Virus record (IMG/VR): IMGVR_UViG_3300044710_000077
Location: 9,112 to 73,111 of that record
Strand: one strand, 5' to 3'
Origin: a virus
Length of the DNA: 64,000 nucleotides
Shown here one piece after another: positions 9,175 through 17,995 of this stretch. Every line of letters starts with the position of its first letter. Positions within the stretch are counted from its first letter, which is position 1. Position numbers and translations under genes: made by a program. The notes beneath the pieces were generated by a model. It was not told the DNA's origin. It did no database searches and saw only the letters and a list, made by a program, of their open reading frames with translations.

Positions 9175-9342
9175 CTACAGGCCCAGCGGGTTGAACAGCA
9201 CCTGATAGAAGATAGCCGCCGCGGCGCACAACAGAAACGCCACCACCAGGACAGTGACGACAATAGGGACGGGCCGCTTTGCGGGCTGGCCGGGGCGCGC
9301 CGGCTGCCCGGGCGCGCCTTTTGGAAATTGATAATCGCTCAT
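9175..9342 (-). CDS. Small single-TM protein
   Basis: PG/QP-rich N-terminus then a long hydrophobic helix. Confidence 0.55.
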   Translation of the reverse strand: MSDYQFPKGAPGQPARPGQPAKRPVPIVVTVLVVAFLLCAAAAIFYQVLFNPLGL

Positions 9343-9346
9343 TTTA

Positions 9347-9568
9347 TCAAGGCGGGGTATTGCGGCCCCACCAGTCATAGCCGCCGAACACCGGGGCGAA
9401 TATCTGGTAAAGGATCAGGATGGCGACCAGGACGAAGATCACCTTGAGGATCGTAATAACCATGCTTGGCAGCGGGATTCCCAGCGTGGCGATCACCCAC
9501 AGGCACAGGTAAAACAACAGCGCGATGACGCAAAGGTAAATCAGCGCCCGAATGACTCGTCCGACCAT
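9347..9568 (-). CDS. Small two-TM membrane protein
   Basis: Two very hydrophobic helices separated by GIPLP. Confidence 0.65.
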   Translation of the reverse strand: MVGRVIRALIYLCVIALLFYLCLWVIATLGIPLPSMVITILKVIFVLVAILILYQIFAPVFGGYDWWGRNTPP

Positions 9569-9619
9569 GACGACACCTGAAAGGCCCAGGACAGGCCGAC
9601 GGTGCAACGCACGGGCGCT

Positions 9620-9988
9620 CTATTGGTTCCCCAGATCGTAGTGCCGGTGTCGGTCGCGCAAGCCGCCAGTGCCGCCGTTGGCGAACGTGTCCTGGGTGAT
9701 GTATCCCATGACCCGCAACAGCGGGAAAATCAGAATGCCGAACACCAGAATGCCTTGCCAGCACAGTTCGCCCCATGACGCCGGATAGTCGCCGCTTAGG
9801 CGGTCCCAGCCCAGACCGAACAGCGCCACCGACAGCAGGCAATAAATGGCCCTGCGGAAAAGTGCCCACCGGGCCATCGGCGTCCATAGCCCGGACGCGG
9901 TGGTGATTTTTAACAGCGTCCACAACATGAGAAGCGCCGCAGCAATATCCGCGACCCCCAGCACTTGCGCGCCCTGGATTGACGTCAT
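9620..9988 (-). CDS. Three-TM membrane protein (holin/antiholin candidate)
   Basis: Three hydrophobic segments; ATGA coupling to upstream holin-like gene. Confidence 0.55.
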   Translation of the reverse strand: MTSIQGAQVLGVADIAAALLMLWTLLKITTASGLWTPMARWALFRRAIYCLLSVALFGLGWDRLSGDYPASWGELCWQGILVFGILIFPLLRVMGYITQDTFANGGTGGLRDRHRHYDLGNQ

Positions 9989-10293
9989 TGGTCCTTGTCC
10001 TTCGATGGAGTTGGCGCCGCGGCCGGCACGCGCGAGCGCGCCGCCGCCACAATGCCCTGGCACACGGCCATGGCCGAAAGCCCGACGACAAAGGCGGTTC
10101 CGCCGTCGCCGAACCAGCCGCCTATGTAGTGAACTGCGGCAGGGGCTAAAAAGTTCGCCGTCAGTGTCCCGGTCAGGACGGACCCCACCACAGCCCACGG
10201 GGCGGTTTGCTTGAACACGAACGCGTGGACGACACCGCCGGCAAAGCCAGCGACCAAGCGCGACGTGTTCAGCCCCAGTTCGTCAAGCGTCAT
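9985..10293 (-). CDS. Putative holin
   Basis: 102 aa, three Gly-rich TMs (VAGFAGGVV; AFVVGLSAM), charged tail, in lysis cassette. Confidence 0.65.
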   Translation of the reverse strand: MTLDELGLNTSRLVAGFAGGVVHAFVFKQTAPWAVVGSVLTGTLTANFLAPAAVHYIGGWFGDGGTAFVVGLSAMAVCQGIVAAARSRVPAAAPTPSKDKDQ

Positions 10294-10483
10294 TGTCCCT
10301 GCCCTTTGGTTTCTCTGGAGGTTTTAGCGAATACACAGACGCCTTGACCGGCCCGCACGTCGCGCACGCGTAGTAGAGCGTCGCGGTGCCGTTGTCGGCT
10401 TCGATGTAGGACAAGCGGACGGTGTCCTTTAGGCATTTCTGGCACTTTCCCGGCGGGTTCAGCCAGAATTGGAGGGGCGCCAT
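10283..10483 (-). CDS. Zinc-ribbon protein
   Basis: CQKC...CATCG. Confidence 0.5.
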   Translation of the reverse strand: MAPLQFWLNPPGKCQKCLKDTVRLSYIEADNGTATLYYACATCGPVKASVYSLKPPEKPKGRDNDA

Positions 10484-10489
10484 GGCTAT

Positions 10490-10954
10490 TCATGGCGGCA
10501 ATGGCAGCGGCGACCCGCGGCTAAGCCCCCTGTTCTGGTCGATAATGACCAGGGCCGCCGCGATTTGCCGGTTGACGTCGTTCAGTTGATTTTGCAACAG
10601 CGTGACCCGGTCGTCGGTCGCCTTCGACACCGCCTCAAATGTCTTGGCTTCGACGGGTTCCCGCGCCGCCTTGGCTTGCGACGCCTCAAGGACAACGACA
10701 CGGCGGTCCAGATCGCCGACTCGGTTATCGACGTCAGCCCGATATCCGTTGTGTTCCCTTATGGTCAGGTACTTATCAAGCGACGCTTGCAATTCCTCGG
10801 CGCGTGCGCGGTCGGTCGCCAGTTCCTTTTCGATGTTGGCAAATTGCGTCTGAAAAATCGTCCACCCGGCAGCGCCTAGGATGGCGACCGCGCTTAGTGC
10901 GCCGACGATTGTTTGCCAAGAGAGTTCTGAGCCGCCCTTGCTGTCAGCCATCAC
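10490..10954 (-). CDS. Membrane-anchored coiled-coil protein (lysis cassette)
   Basis: N-terminal TM followed by a long coiled coil. Confidence 0.6.
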   Translation of the reverse strand: MMADSKGGSELSWQTIVGALSAVAILGAAGWTIFQTQFANIEKELATDRARAEELQASLDKYLTIREHNGYRADVDNRVGDLDRRVVVLEASQAKAAREPVEAKTFEAVSKATDDRVTLLQNQLNDVNRQIAAALVIIDQNRGLSRGSPLPLPP

Positions 10955-11651
10955 CGGGCCGCAGCGTTACAGGGACGGTCGCTGTGCCATGGATCGCAGC
11001 CACGTAATTGTCGATATGGTGGTCGCGGACCTTGACGTGCAGATTATCCAGCCAGTTGTCGTCCAGCGTAGCGTCTGGCCCGACGTGCGCCAGCGGCACG
11101 CCGTCATAGGGCCATAGCGGCACCCAGTGGAACGGCACCCGCGGCACCGGGTCGTCGCCATACCAGTACGCGCATAGCGGGATGGTTTTGACCAGATTAA
11201 CGAACGTGTCGCCGCCGACACGTGGCGGGGCGAACGCGCCTATTTTCGTCGGCGGCAAGCCAGCGTCGACTTTCAGGCGCGCGCCTATCAGCAGCGCCAA
11301 GGCAGCGCCCAGGCTATGCCCGGCCATCGCAAAGGGCGTGCCGCGCTTTTCCAGTTCGGCGACAATGCGGTTAAAAACCCGGTCGGCCGCCAGATTGAAC
11401 CCAGCGTGGATAAAGCCCAGCGACGGGTGGACAATGCCGCCCTGCTGGCGAATGCTTAGGGCGCAAAAATCGAGCGCCCACCCTAGAACGTCGTGCGTGC
11501 CCTCAATCGCCACGATAGTCGACCCGTCCGGCCGCGTGGTCAGAAACACGCGGATTGCCGAATCAAGGTCGTCGATAAATGGGATTTTGCCGCTGTACGT
11601 CGTCGCGGCAGCATCGACCAAATCAGCGTCCGAAGGTAATGCCGTTGTCAT
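10944..11651 (-). CDS. Class 3 lipase (alpha/beta hydrolase)
   Basis: VAIEGT, IHAGF, AGHSLGAALA nucleophile elbow, FAPPRVG, DPVPRVP, HHIDNY. Confidence 0.92.
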   Translation of the reverse strand: MTTALPSDADLVDAAATTYSGKIPFIDDLDSAIRVFLTTRPDGSTIVAIEGTHDVLGWALDFCALSIRQQGGIVHPSLGFIHAGFNLAADRVFNRIVAELEKRGTPFAMAGHSLGAALALLIGARLKVDAGLPPTKIGAFAPPRVGGDTFVNLVKTIPLCAYWYGDDPVPRVPFHWVPLWPYDGVPLAHVGPDATLDDNWLDNLHVKVRDHHIDNYVAAIHGTATVPVTLRPGDG

Positions 11652-11720
11652 CCCCGTGGCCCCGTCTAAGGAATCGCAGGGCCCGTGCGGCAAATCACGG
11701 GCCCCTTGGCCGCCTGTGGA

Positions 11721-12530
11721 TTATAGACCGAACTCGTAGCTGAGTCGTGTCCAGTATTGCGTCCCGAGATTGGCACCAGCGCCGAATGTAAGCGGGGCGC
11801 CGTTGGTGGCAAAAGCGTTGCCAATCGTAAAACCCTTGACGGGGAATGCGATACCGGCCGACGCGTCAATCGCACCGCCATTGGGCTTGCCGTCGGTGCC
11901 CAGAGTCGGCCAGATAAAGCCGCCAGTAACCATCGGGTAAACGCCGACGGACGTCCCTTGCGCGGCCCCGAAAGTGCCAGTCAATCCCGCTTCCTTCAAA
12001 CCGACGCCGATATATTGGCGTGGCGTGCCAACAGGTATGGTCGGCGTGATCGGCGTGAGGGTGGGGAATAGATTGGCATTCGTCAGCGTAGGAAGGGCCG
12101 CCAGAACGCGCTGTAGCCACTCAATGCCGATATCGGCTTCCTGCGTCGCGGACCAGCGGCTGGCGATTGACGCACTGGCGGCGCTTGTGGTGGCCGTGGA
12201 ACCCACCGTATTGGTGCCGGAAATATTCGCCCATTCGCCCGTCAGCTTGAAACGATACCAGCCGATTGCGCCGTTGCCGATGTAACCGACCTCGCCGCCG
12301 ACGGAACCGCCCGTCGCCGTCAGATTGCCGCTGGCCAGGCTGGTCGCAAAAGCATTCGTGCCGCTGACGCTCGATTGAGCAACGTCGGCCTCCGTAAGGA
12401 TGCCGACGAACCAGCTACCAGACACATATGGAACCGGCGGCACAGTCGCCTTGACCGGCATGTCGGCGGCGAAAGCGGCGGGCGTAAAAGCCGCGGCTGC
12501 CAGAAGGGCTGCGATTCGTAATATGCGCAT
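11721..12530 (-). CDS. Outer-membrane beta-barrel protein, rhizobial Omp25/RopB-like
   Basis: Signal peptide ending AFA-ADMPVKA, amphipathic beta strands, C-terminal RLSYEF. Confidence 0.75.
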   Translation of the reverse strand: MRILRIAALLAAAAFTPAAFAADMPVKATVPPVPYVSGSWFVGILTEADVAQSSVSGTNAFATSLASGNLTATGGSVGGEVGYIGNGAIGWYRFKLTGEWANISGTNTVGSTATTSAASASIASRWSATQEADIGIEWLQRVLAALPTLTNANLFPTLTPITPTIPVGTPRQYIGVGLKEAGLTGTFGAAQGTSVGVYPMVTGGFIWPTLGTDGKPNGGAIDASAGIAFPVKGFTIGNAFATNGAPLTFGAGANLGTQYWTRLSYEFGL

Positions 12531-12612
12531 AACAGGGACTCCGTGCGTTGATTGAATTCACGCCAGAACCCTTACTCCAAGTCGCCGTGTCTTTGGCGCC
12601 ACAGCGACCGAA

Positions 12613-13044
12613 TTATTTCTTGGGGGAGCCGTCCGCGTTGTAAGCGTCCGCCAGCGGGACCTTCGGCGTGAAATATGCAGAGGCCGCGGCCTCGATTTTC
12701 GCCAGCGCCGACCGCCCCGTGGCGCCCAGCAGCAGCGCGTATTCCTCGTTGAGCCAGTTCGCCGGGTCCAGGTTCAGTTGCTTGGCCATGTCCGTCGGCA
12801 GCATGCCGTAATGGTTCAGCGCGATGACGGCCGCGCCGCTGGCGAGCGCGATGTATGTTTTATAACCCTGAATCGCATTTGGCAGCGCGGACAGGCTGAA
12901 CGTCGGGATGGTTATTTGGGTGGACACGGGCGACTCCTTCGGTTGGCTTTTGACGACGTGGCTTTCCGGCGCTGGCGCGGCAGGCGCATGCGGGCTGTCG
13001 CCCGGGTCGGCGCGATACGGCGGGAAGCTGTAGTCGTCCGACAC
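12613..13044 (-). CDS. Holin-like membrane protein downstream of endolysin
   Basis: IQGYKTYIALASG TM start, LLGATGRSALAK. Confidence 0.45.
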   Translation of the reverse strand: MSDDYSFPPYRADPGDSPHAPAAPAPESHVVKSQPKESPVSTQITIPTFSLSALPNAIQGYKTYIALASGAAVIALNHYGMLPTDMAKQLNLDPANWLNEEYALLLGATGRSALAKIEAAASAYFTPKVPLADAYNADGSPKK

Positions 13045-13061
13045 ACCACAAACCCCGCGAA

Positions 13062-13925
13062 TCAGGCTGCGGGCAATTTAGCCGTAATTTTCGCCCAGGT
13101 CTCGGGACCTGCCAAGCCATCAACCGTAAGGCCGTTCGCTTGCTGGAATGCCCGAACGGCCGCCATCGTTCGGCGGCCCAGGTTGCCGTCCACGACCAGC
13201 GGGGGTTTGCACCCCAGCTTGTTCAGCGCAGCCTGTAGCGCGGCAGCGTCGTGCAAGCCCACCGGCAGCGGCTTCGCCGTCACGACCGGCACGGTGGTCG
13301 CCTGCTGGGTCGGGTTCGCCGTCGGGAATGACCATTCCCGGTGAACAGCCAGCACCGCCTGAATGACCGGCCAAATGCCGGGCTGGACGTCGACCGCGGT
13401 GCCCGACCATTCGTTGTCGGCTATGTATTTGCCGCCCAGGCCAACGCCGCCATAGCGGGGCGTGTCGTAAACCGCCGTGCACGAAAACAGGTAGCCCGGG
13501 ACTCGCTCGTGGGCGTTCGGCCCAAAGCCATTCCAGCCGTTGCCCTCAAAGCAAAGCCATTCCGCGGTCCAGGCCGACGGGGACGTGATGGCGTTGATAT
13601 GCTCGCGCGCCAGGTAGAACCGGCACGCGTCGGCCCATGACTTGAACGGGCCGAACCCAGCCGGCACGTGCACCGACCGCTCGTTCCATGGGTCACCCTG
13701 CCCTAGCGCGGCCCGTGGGTTGCAGTTCGACTCCCGCAGGTCCAGAGCGCCGATGAAGGCCGCGCACTGGGGCGGCATGCCCAGGGCCGCCGCAGCGTCG
13801 ATATAGCGGGGCATCGCCGCTAGCACCGCCTTGGCGCCTTCCTGCACCGGGCCCGGCCGCGTCACGCGGGCGTGGGCTATCCAGTTCGTATATTCGGGCG
13901 ACAGGGTGGCGAAGGGGTGCTGCAT
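13062..13925 (-). CDS. Endolysin: lysozyme-like N-terminal domain plus C-terminal peptidoglycan-binding domain
   Basis: LRESNC..LGQGDP..VHVPAG.GPF, KYIAD, QPG; LQAALN..LVVDG.LG..T..AVRAFQ..NGLTVDGLAGPETW. Confidence 0.9.
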   Translation of the reverse strand: MQHPFATLSPEYTNWIAHARVTRPGPVQEGAKAVLAAMPRYIDAAAALGMPPQCAAFIGALDLRESNCNPRAALGQGDPWNERSVHVPAGFGPFKSWADACRFYLAREHINAITSPSAWTAEWLCFEGNGWNGFGPNAHERVPGYLFSCTAVYDTPRYGGVGLGGKYIADNEWSGTAVDVQPGIWPVIQAVLAVHREWSFPTANPTQQATTVPVVTAKPLPVGLHDAAALQAALNKLGCKPPLVVDGNLGRRTMAAVRAFQQANGLTVDGLAGPETWAKITAKLPAA

Positions 13926-13936
13926 GGCAACGACTC

Positions 13937-14371
13937 CTAGTTTTTGGCTGGCGGCATCAGCAGGTCGTAAGCCTGGGTGATGACAGATGGATTCAAACGC
14001 ATTTTCGAAATCTGGTCCTTAATCAAGTCGATATCGCGCGGGTCCAGGTCCACCGTCCATTTGCCGGTTATGGTGAGCGCTTTGCGGATTTTTCTCGCCA
14101 GCGATCCGCGGATGACAATATCGGCTGGCTTTAGCCCCTGCTCGGGCTGGTCGACGGCACCGGCCGCGAGCCGGCCCAGCGTCAGCGTAACGTATCGGTC
14201 GCATTTGCCGTAGTCCGGGCTTTTAACGTCATCGACAACGTGGTCGCAATCCTGCTGGGCTCTGCCGTCGGGCGCCATAAGGACGGCCGACATATCGACC
14301 TCAGTGGCGCGGGCAGACGTGACAGCCGTAAGGATGAGCGCGGCGGCGGCGGTGACAAGGGCAATTTTCAT
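13937..14371 (-). CDS. Putative tail-fibre chaperone-like protein with Sec signal peptide
   Basis: GGAG RBS; MKIALVTAAAALILTAVTSARA signal; LTLG..A...RG.LA.KI..DL...DI.LIK..I.K...QAY.LL; directly downstream of fibre gene. Confidence 0.6.
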   Translation of the reverse strand: MKIALVTAAAALILTAVTSARATEVDMSAVLMAPDGRAQQDCDHVVDDVKSPDYGKCDRYVTLTLGRLAAGAVDQPEQGLKPADIVIRGSLARKIRKALTITGKWTVDLDPRDIDLIKDQISKMRLNPSVITQAYDLLMPPAKN

Positions 14372-14449
14372 GGCGAATTCTCCGTTGGTTGGCAGCGCGT
14401 TATTTATCCGCGCGTCAGCCGCGTCCGTCAAGCCTAGCGCGCTAACTCG

Positions 14450-17400
14450 TTACGCAGCCTTGGAGATCCAAGACGGCAAATTGTCGTTCGCTGGCAGGTC
14501 GCCCGACTCCAGGCTGGCCGTGCTGCCGCATATCCAGGTGATCGTATCGCCGCCGAGCGCCGTTCCAGTGATCGTCAGTTGAGTCGTGGTCGCGCTGACC
14601 GTGAGCGACGCTATCGCCGTTCCGGAGGCGGCATTGCAACTCGGCGCGCTGCCCCAGGTCGAACCAAAGTTGATGACGCAAGAGGTCGCGACGGTTCCGG
14701 CGACGACCTTGCCGAAGTTGTCGCCGCCAGAGATCGTCGGCGTTCCGGTGCCGCAGGCGGAGATCGTCGGCGCGGTGCCGCTCGCCAGGATATGCCCTGT
14801 CGGCCCGATGGAGGCGACTTGCGAGCCGCCGTTCTGAAAGATCGCGATTGGCACCGTGCTCTGCCCTGCATTATCGGCGATCAGTGCCGCGGAGACGCTG
14901 GGGATCGTGGTCTGGCCCAGCGTGGCCCAGACGCCAATTTCTACCGGCGACGTGCCGGTGTTGATGCCCATGCCCATGACGCCGACGTTGACGCCGGAGT
15001 TCTTGGCCGTGTTCGCGATGCCTGACGTTCCGATGTTCACATTGGCATTCGTGGCCCTACCGGTGACGCCGAAGTTATAGCCGGCCGTCGTTGCATTCGC
15101 GGTGTATATGCCGGCCGTGTTGCCGCTCTGGGTGCCTGAACTTGCTAGCGCCCCCGCCGTTCCGGCATTGCTGTTGGCGACGTTGAGGCCGTTCGTATTC
15201 GACGATCCGGTATATCCGGCAGCGTAAGTAATGCCGATGGCTGTGTTGACCTGCGAGGCCGTGCCGGCACCAGTGATGGTCCAGACTACCGCAGTTTGTT
15301 GCGCAACTGGAGAAGCTGGCTGCGTTGCCGTCAAGGTAAGAACTTGGGCGCCGGCCGCCAGCGTGCCGCCGACGATGGTCTCGGAGAGCAGGTTGGCGAG
15401 CCCGGTGCTGCTGTATGTCGAGCCGTCCGCGAAGATCACCGAGCCGCTGTAGGTGCAGCCGGTCAGCGCGCAGTCTAGGGAGGCGTGTCCGGTCAGGCTG
15501 GCAGTGATCGTGCCCGCGGAGAAGTTGCCGCTGCCGTCGCGCTCGACGAGCGTCGAGGCGGTGTTGGCGTTCGTGTAGGCCAGGAAACTGCCGGCACCGG
15601 CGGCGCTTAACGACAGCAGGACGTTGCCGGCGCTCGACGTGCCGGCGTAGGCCGTCGGGACGGCCCCGTTGCCGGCGGACAGCATCAGATTGCCGGAGGC
15701 CGGGTACTGTACCGCGAGCGAACCCGCCGTGGCCTTGATTGTCGTGTTGTCGGGTTCCGAGCAGCCGATCTGCGTGGCCGTCGCCACCGTGCACTTGATC
15801 GTGACGGCTCCTGTCCACGGCCCGCTCCCGGTGCCGGTGATGGTCAGCGTGCTGTCGGCGGAGTAGTTGCCGAGCGAGGCGACGTCCCCGGCCGCGCCGC
15901 AGGAACCCCAAGCGGGCAGGCCGCCGGAGACGATGAGGCACTGATTCGTCGAGCCGATGGCGAGCCGCGTGATGACGTTGCTGGACCCGCCGTTCGTGTA
16001 GATGTCACCCTTGGCGTCGGAGCCGAAGGCCGCCGTCACGCTGCCGAGACTGTTCGTTGATGACGTAATTGTCTTGTTGGTCAGCGTCTGAGCCAGCGAG
16101 TCGCCGACGAAGTTGTAGGTACCACTCGGAATCGTGGCCGTGCCCGCCGCACTCGCGGCGTTCTGGATCGTCATCGCGTTCGCGGTTGGGCTGGCGAGAA
16201 CGACCTGCCCCTGCGTGGCCCCGGCCACGCCGATCTCGACCTCGGACGTTCCGCTGCCGATGTTGCGAAGAACGATCAGGCTGGCCCGGATGCCGATGGC
16301 GTCGCCGGACGGCGAACCGCTCAGCGTGCTGTAAATGTTGAGAGTACCGCCCGCGGAAGATTCCGACCCCGAGAGCGCGGGAGCGATCAAATTCCCGCTG
16401 GCGTCTACCTCGACATTTGTCACGCCGTTGACTTGGAACAAAGCCACGGGGCTGCTGGTCGTGCCGTTGTCGAAGACGCCGGCCGCGCTGACCCCCGGCA
16501 CCGTCGTCTGGTTGAGCGATGCGAAGATGCCGATGTTGTTGTTCGCACCGATCGCCGACGCCAAGAGGCCCACGTTGAGATGGTTGCTCGCCCCGACCTG
16601 CGCCTTGAAGGCGCCGCCGACGTTGATCGCCCCGCCGGCCGCGAAGGAATCGATGCCGAAGTTATAGCCCGCGGTCGTGCCCAGCGCGGCGACGGCCATC
16701 CCCATGTTGCCGCAGCTATTCCCGGTGCCGGCTGCGGGAACGAGGACGGCGCAAGTCCCGGCGTTGAGGTTGTCGATGTCGAGCGCGATGCTGCGCTTGT
16801 TGCCGGTGTAGCCGGCGTTGTAGGTGATGAGCACAGCGTCATTGACCTGCGACGCAGTGCCAGCGCCGGTGATGTTGAAATTGACGGCGACCTGCTTGGC
16901 GGTCGGGGACAGCGCATTCGTCGCGTTCACCGTCAGCGCCGACATGCCGGCGGCGAGCTGCGTCGCGGCGTTGACGTACAAGGTGCCCGGGCCGTTGTCG
17001 AGGCTGTAGGGCGGCGCCGTGACTGAGTAAGTCCCGATCAGGATGCCGCCGTCGTTCCAGACCGTGAACTGCGGCGCCTGGGTCGTAGTGTTGTTCACCG
17101 TCGTGAAGATGCGGGCCTCGGTGCCGTAGGAGGAGGCGCTCCACGCGACGTTGCTGGACCATATTTGAAAGCTGCCGCGGCTCTCTACCCATCCAGGGCC
17201 GCCGGCCACGCACGTCGCGCAGTACACGCCGCCGCCGCCGAACGAGACGATGTTGTTGTTCGCGACGATCGGGAGCGGGGATGCCAGCGTGCCGTTGAGG
17301 TACTCACCGGTGAAGGCCGTCGAGTTGCCGGCGCCGCCCACGTTTCCGTTCGTGGTGTTGCTCCCCAAGAAGATGCTGACTCGCGCTCCACCACCGTCCA

Positions 17401-17980
17401 GGCCGGCAAGGGCCAGAACGTTGTCGCCGAACGGCGTCGGCACAATAGCGTTAAGACTCACGATCGGAGCCGTCGTAAAGACTTGCTGCCCGGTCCAGGT
17501 GTTCGGGTTGGCTAGGTTGAGTCCCAGATTATTGCTGCCGTCCAGCGCAAGCGTCGCGTTGTAATTCAGCGAAATGGTAGCCAGCGGCGGGACAAAGACG
17601 ACCGAAAGCGGCACATTGACCGCCAGCGACGCGGACGACACCACGGGCGCGAATTGACCCGTGCTGGTGTTGAACGTGCCGATTTCGCCCCAGCCGCCTG
17701 GATAGGATTTATACCAGACGGCCGGATTGCTGCCGGTCACCAGGCAGTCGGTGCCGGTCAGTGTCGTGGCTGGGCAGCCGCCCAGCGACGCCGACGCGTG
17801 CATGCCCAAAATGCCGTTGACGTCGGACGCGGCCGCTAGAAAATTGGCCCGCATGGGCGCCGATTGCAGCGGCGCGTTCGCTGCCGGAATCGATGTATTT
17901 ATCGTCGACTGGGCGAACGCCTGGCCGGTCGCGAAGGCGAGCCCCAGGATGACCGCAAGCCGCTTTAATGCGTTCCGCAT
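14450..17980 (-). CDS. Large G/T/S/A/N-rich tail-fibre/adhesin-like protein with N-terminal signal peptide
   Basis: 1176 aa beta-rich; fibre-type motifs (LANPNTWTGQQVF, QTLTNKTI, TLVERDGSGNFSAG); MRNALKRLAVILGLAFATGQAFA signal. Confidence 0.75.
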   Translation of the reverse strand: MRNALKRLAVILGLAFATGQAFAQSTINTSIPAANAPLQSAPMRANFLAAASDVNGILGMHASASLGGCPATTLTGTDCLVTGSNPAVWYKSYPGGWGEIGTFNTSTGQFAPVVSSASLAVNVPLSVVFVPPLATISLNYNATLALDGSNNLGLNLANPNTWTGQQVFTTAPIVSLNAIVPTPFGDNVLALAGLDGGGARVSIFLGSNTTNGNVGGAGNSTAFTGEYLNGTLASPLPIVANNNIVSFGGGGVYCATCVAGGPGWVESRGSFQIWSSNVAWSASSYGTEARIFTTVNNTTTQAPQFTVWNDGGILIGTYSVTAPPYSLDNGPGTLYVNAATQLAAGMSALTVNATNALSPTAKQVAVNFNITGAGTASQVNDAVLITYNAGYTGNKRSIALDIDNLNAGTCAVLVPAAGTGNSCGNMGMAVAALGTTAGYNFGIDSFAAGGAINVGGAFKAQVGASNHLNVGLLASAIGANNNIGIFASLNQTTVPGVSAAGVFDNGTTSSPVALFQVNGVTNVEVDASGNLIAPALSGSESSAGGTLNIYSTLSGSPSGDAIGIRASLIVLRNIGSGTSEVEIGVAGATQGQVVLASPTANAMTIQNAASAAGTATIPSGTYNFVGDSLAQTLTNKTITSSTNSLGSVTAAFGSDAKGDIYTNGGSSNVITRLAIGSTNQCLIVSGGLPAWGSCGAAGDVASLGNYSADSTLTITGTGSGPWTGAVTIKCTVATATQIGCSEPDNTTIKATAGSLAVQYPASGNLMLSAGNGAVPTAYAGTSSAGNVLLSLSAAGAGSFLAYTNANTASTLVERDGSGNFSAGTITASLTGHASLDCALTGCTYSGSVIFADGSTYSSTGLANLLSETIVGGTLAAGAQVLTLTATQPASPVAQQTAVVWTITGAGTASQVNTAIGITYAAGYTGSSNTNGLNVANSNAGTAGALASSGTQSGNTAGIYTANATTAGYNFGVTGRATNANVNIGTSGIANTAKNSGVNVGVMGMGINTGTSPVEIGVWATLGQTTIPSVSAALIADNAGQSTVPIAIFQNGGSQVASIGPTGHILASGTAPTISACGTGTPTISGGDNFGKVVAGTVATSCVINFGSTWGSAPSCNAASGTAIASLTVSATTTQLTITGTALGGDTITWICGSTASLESGDLPANDNLPSWISKAA

Positions 17981-17995
17981 GGCGCGCGTCCCCCG

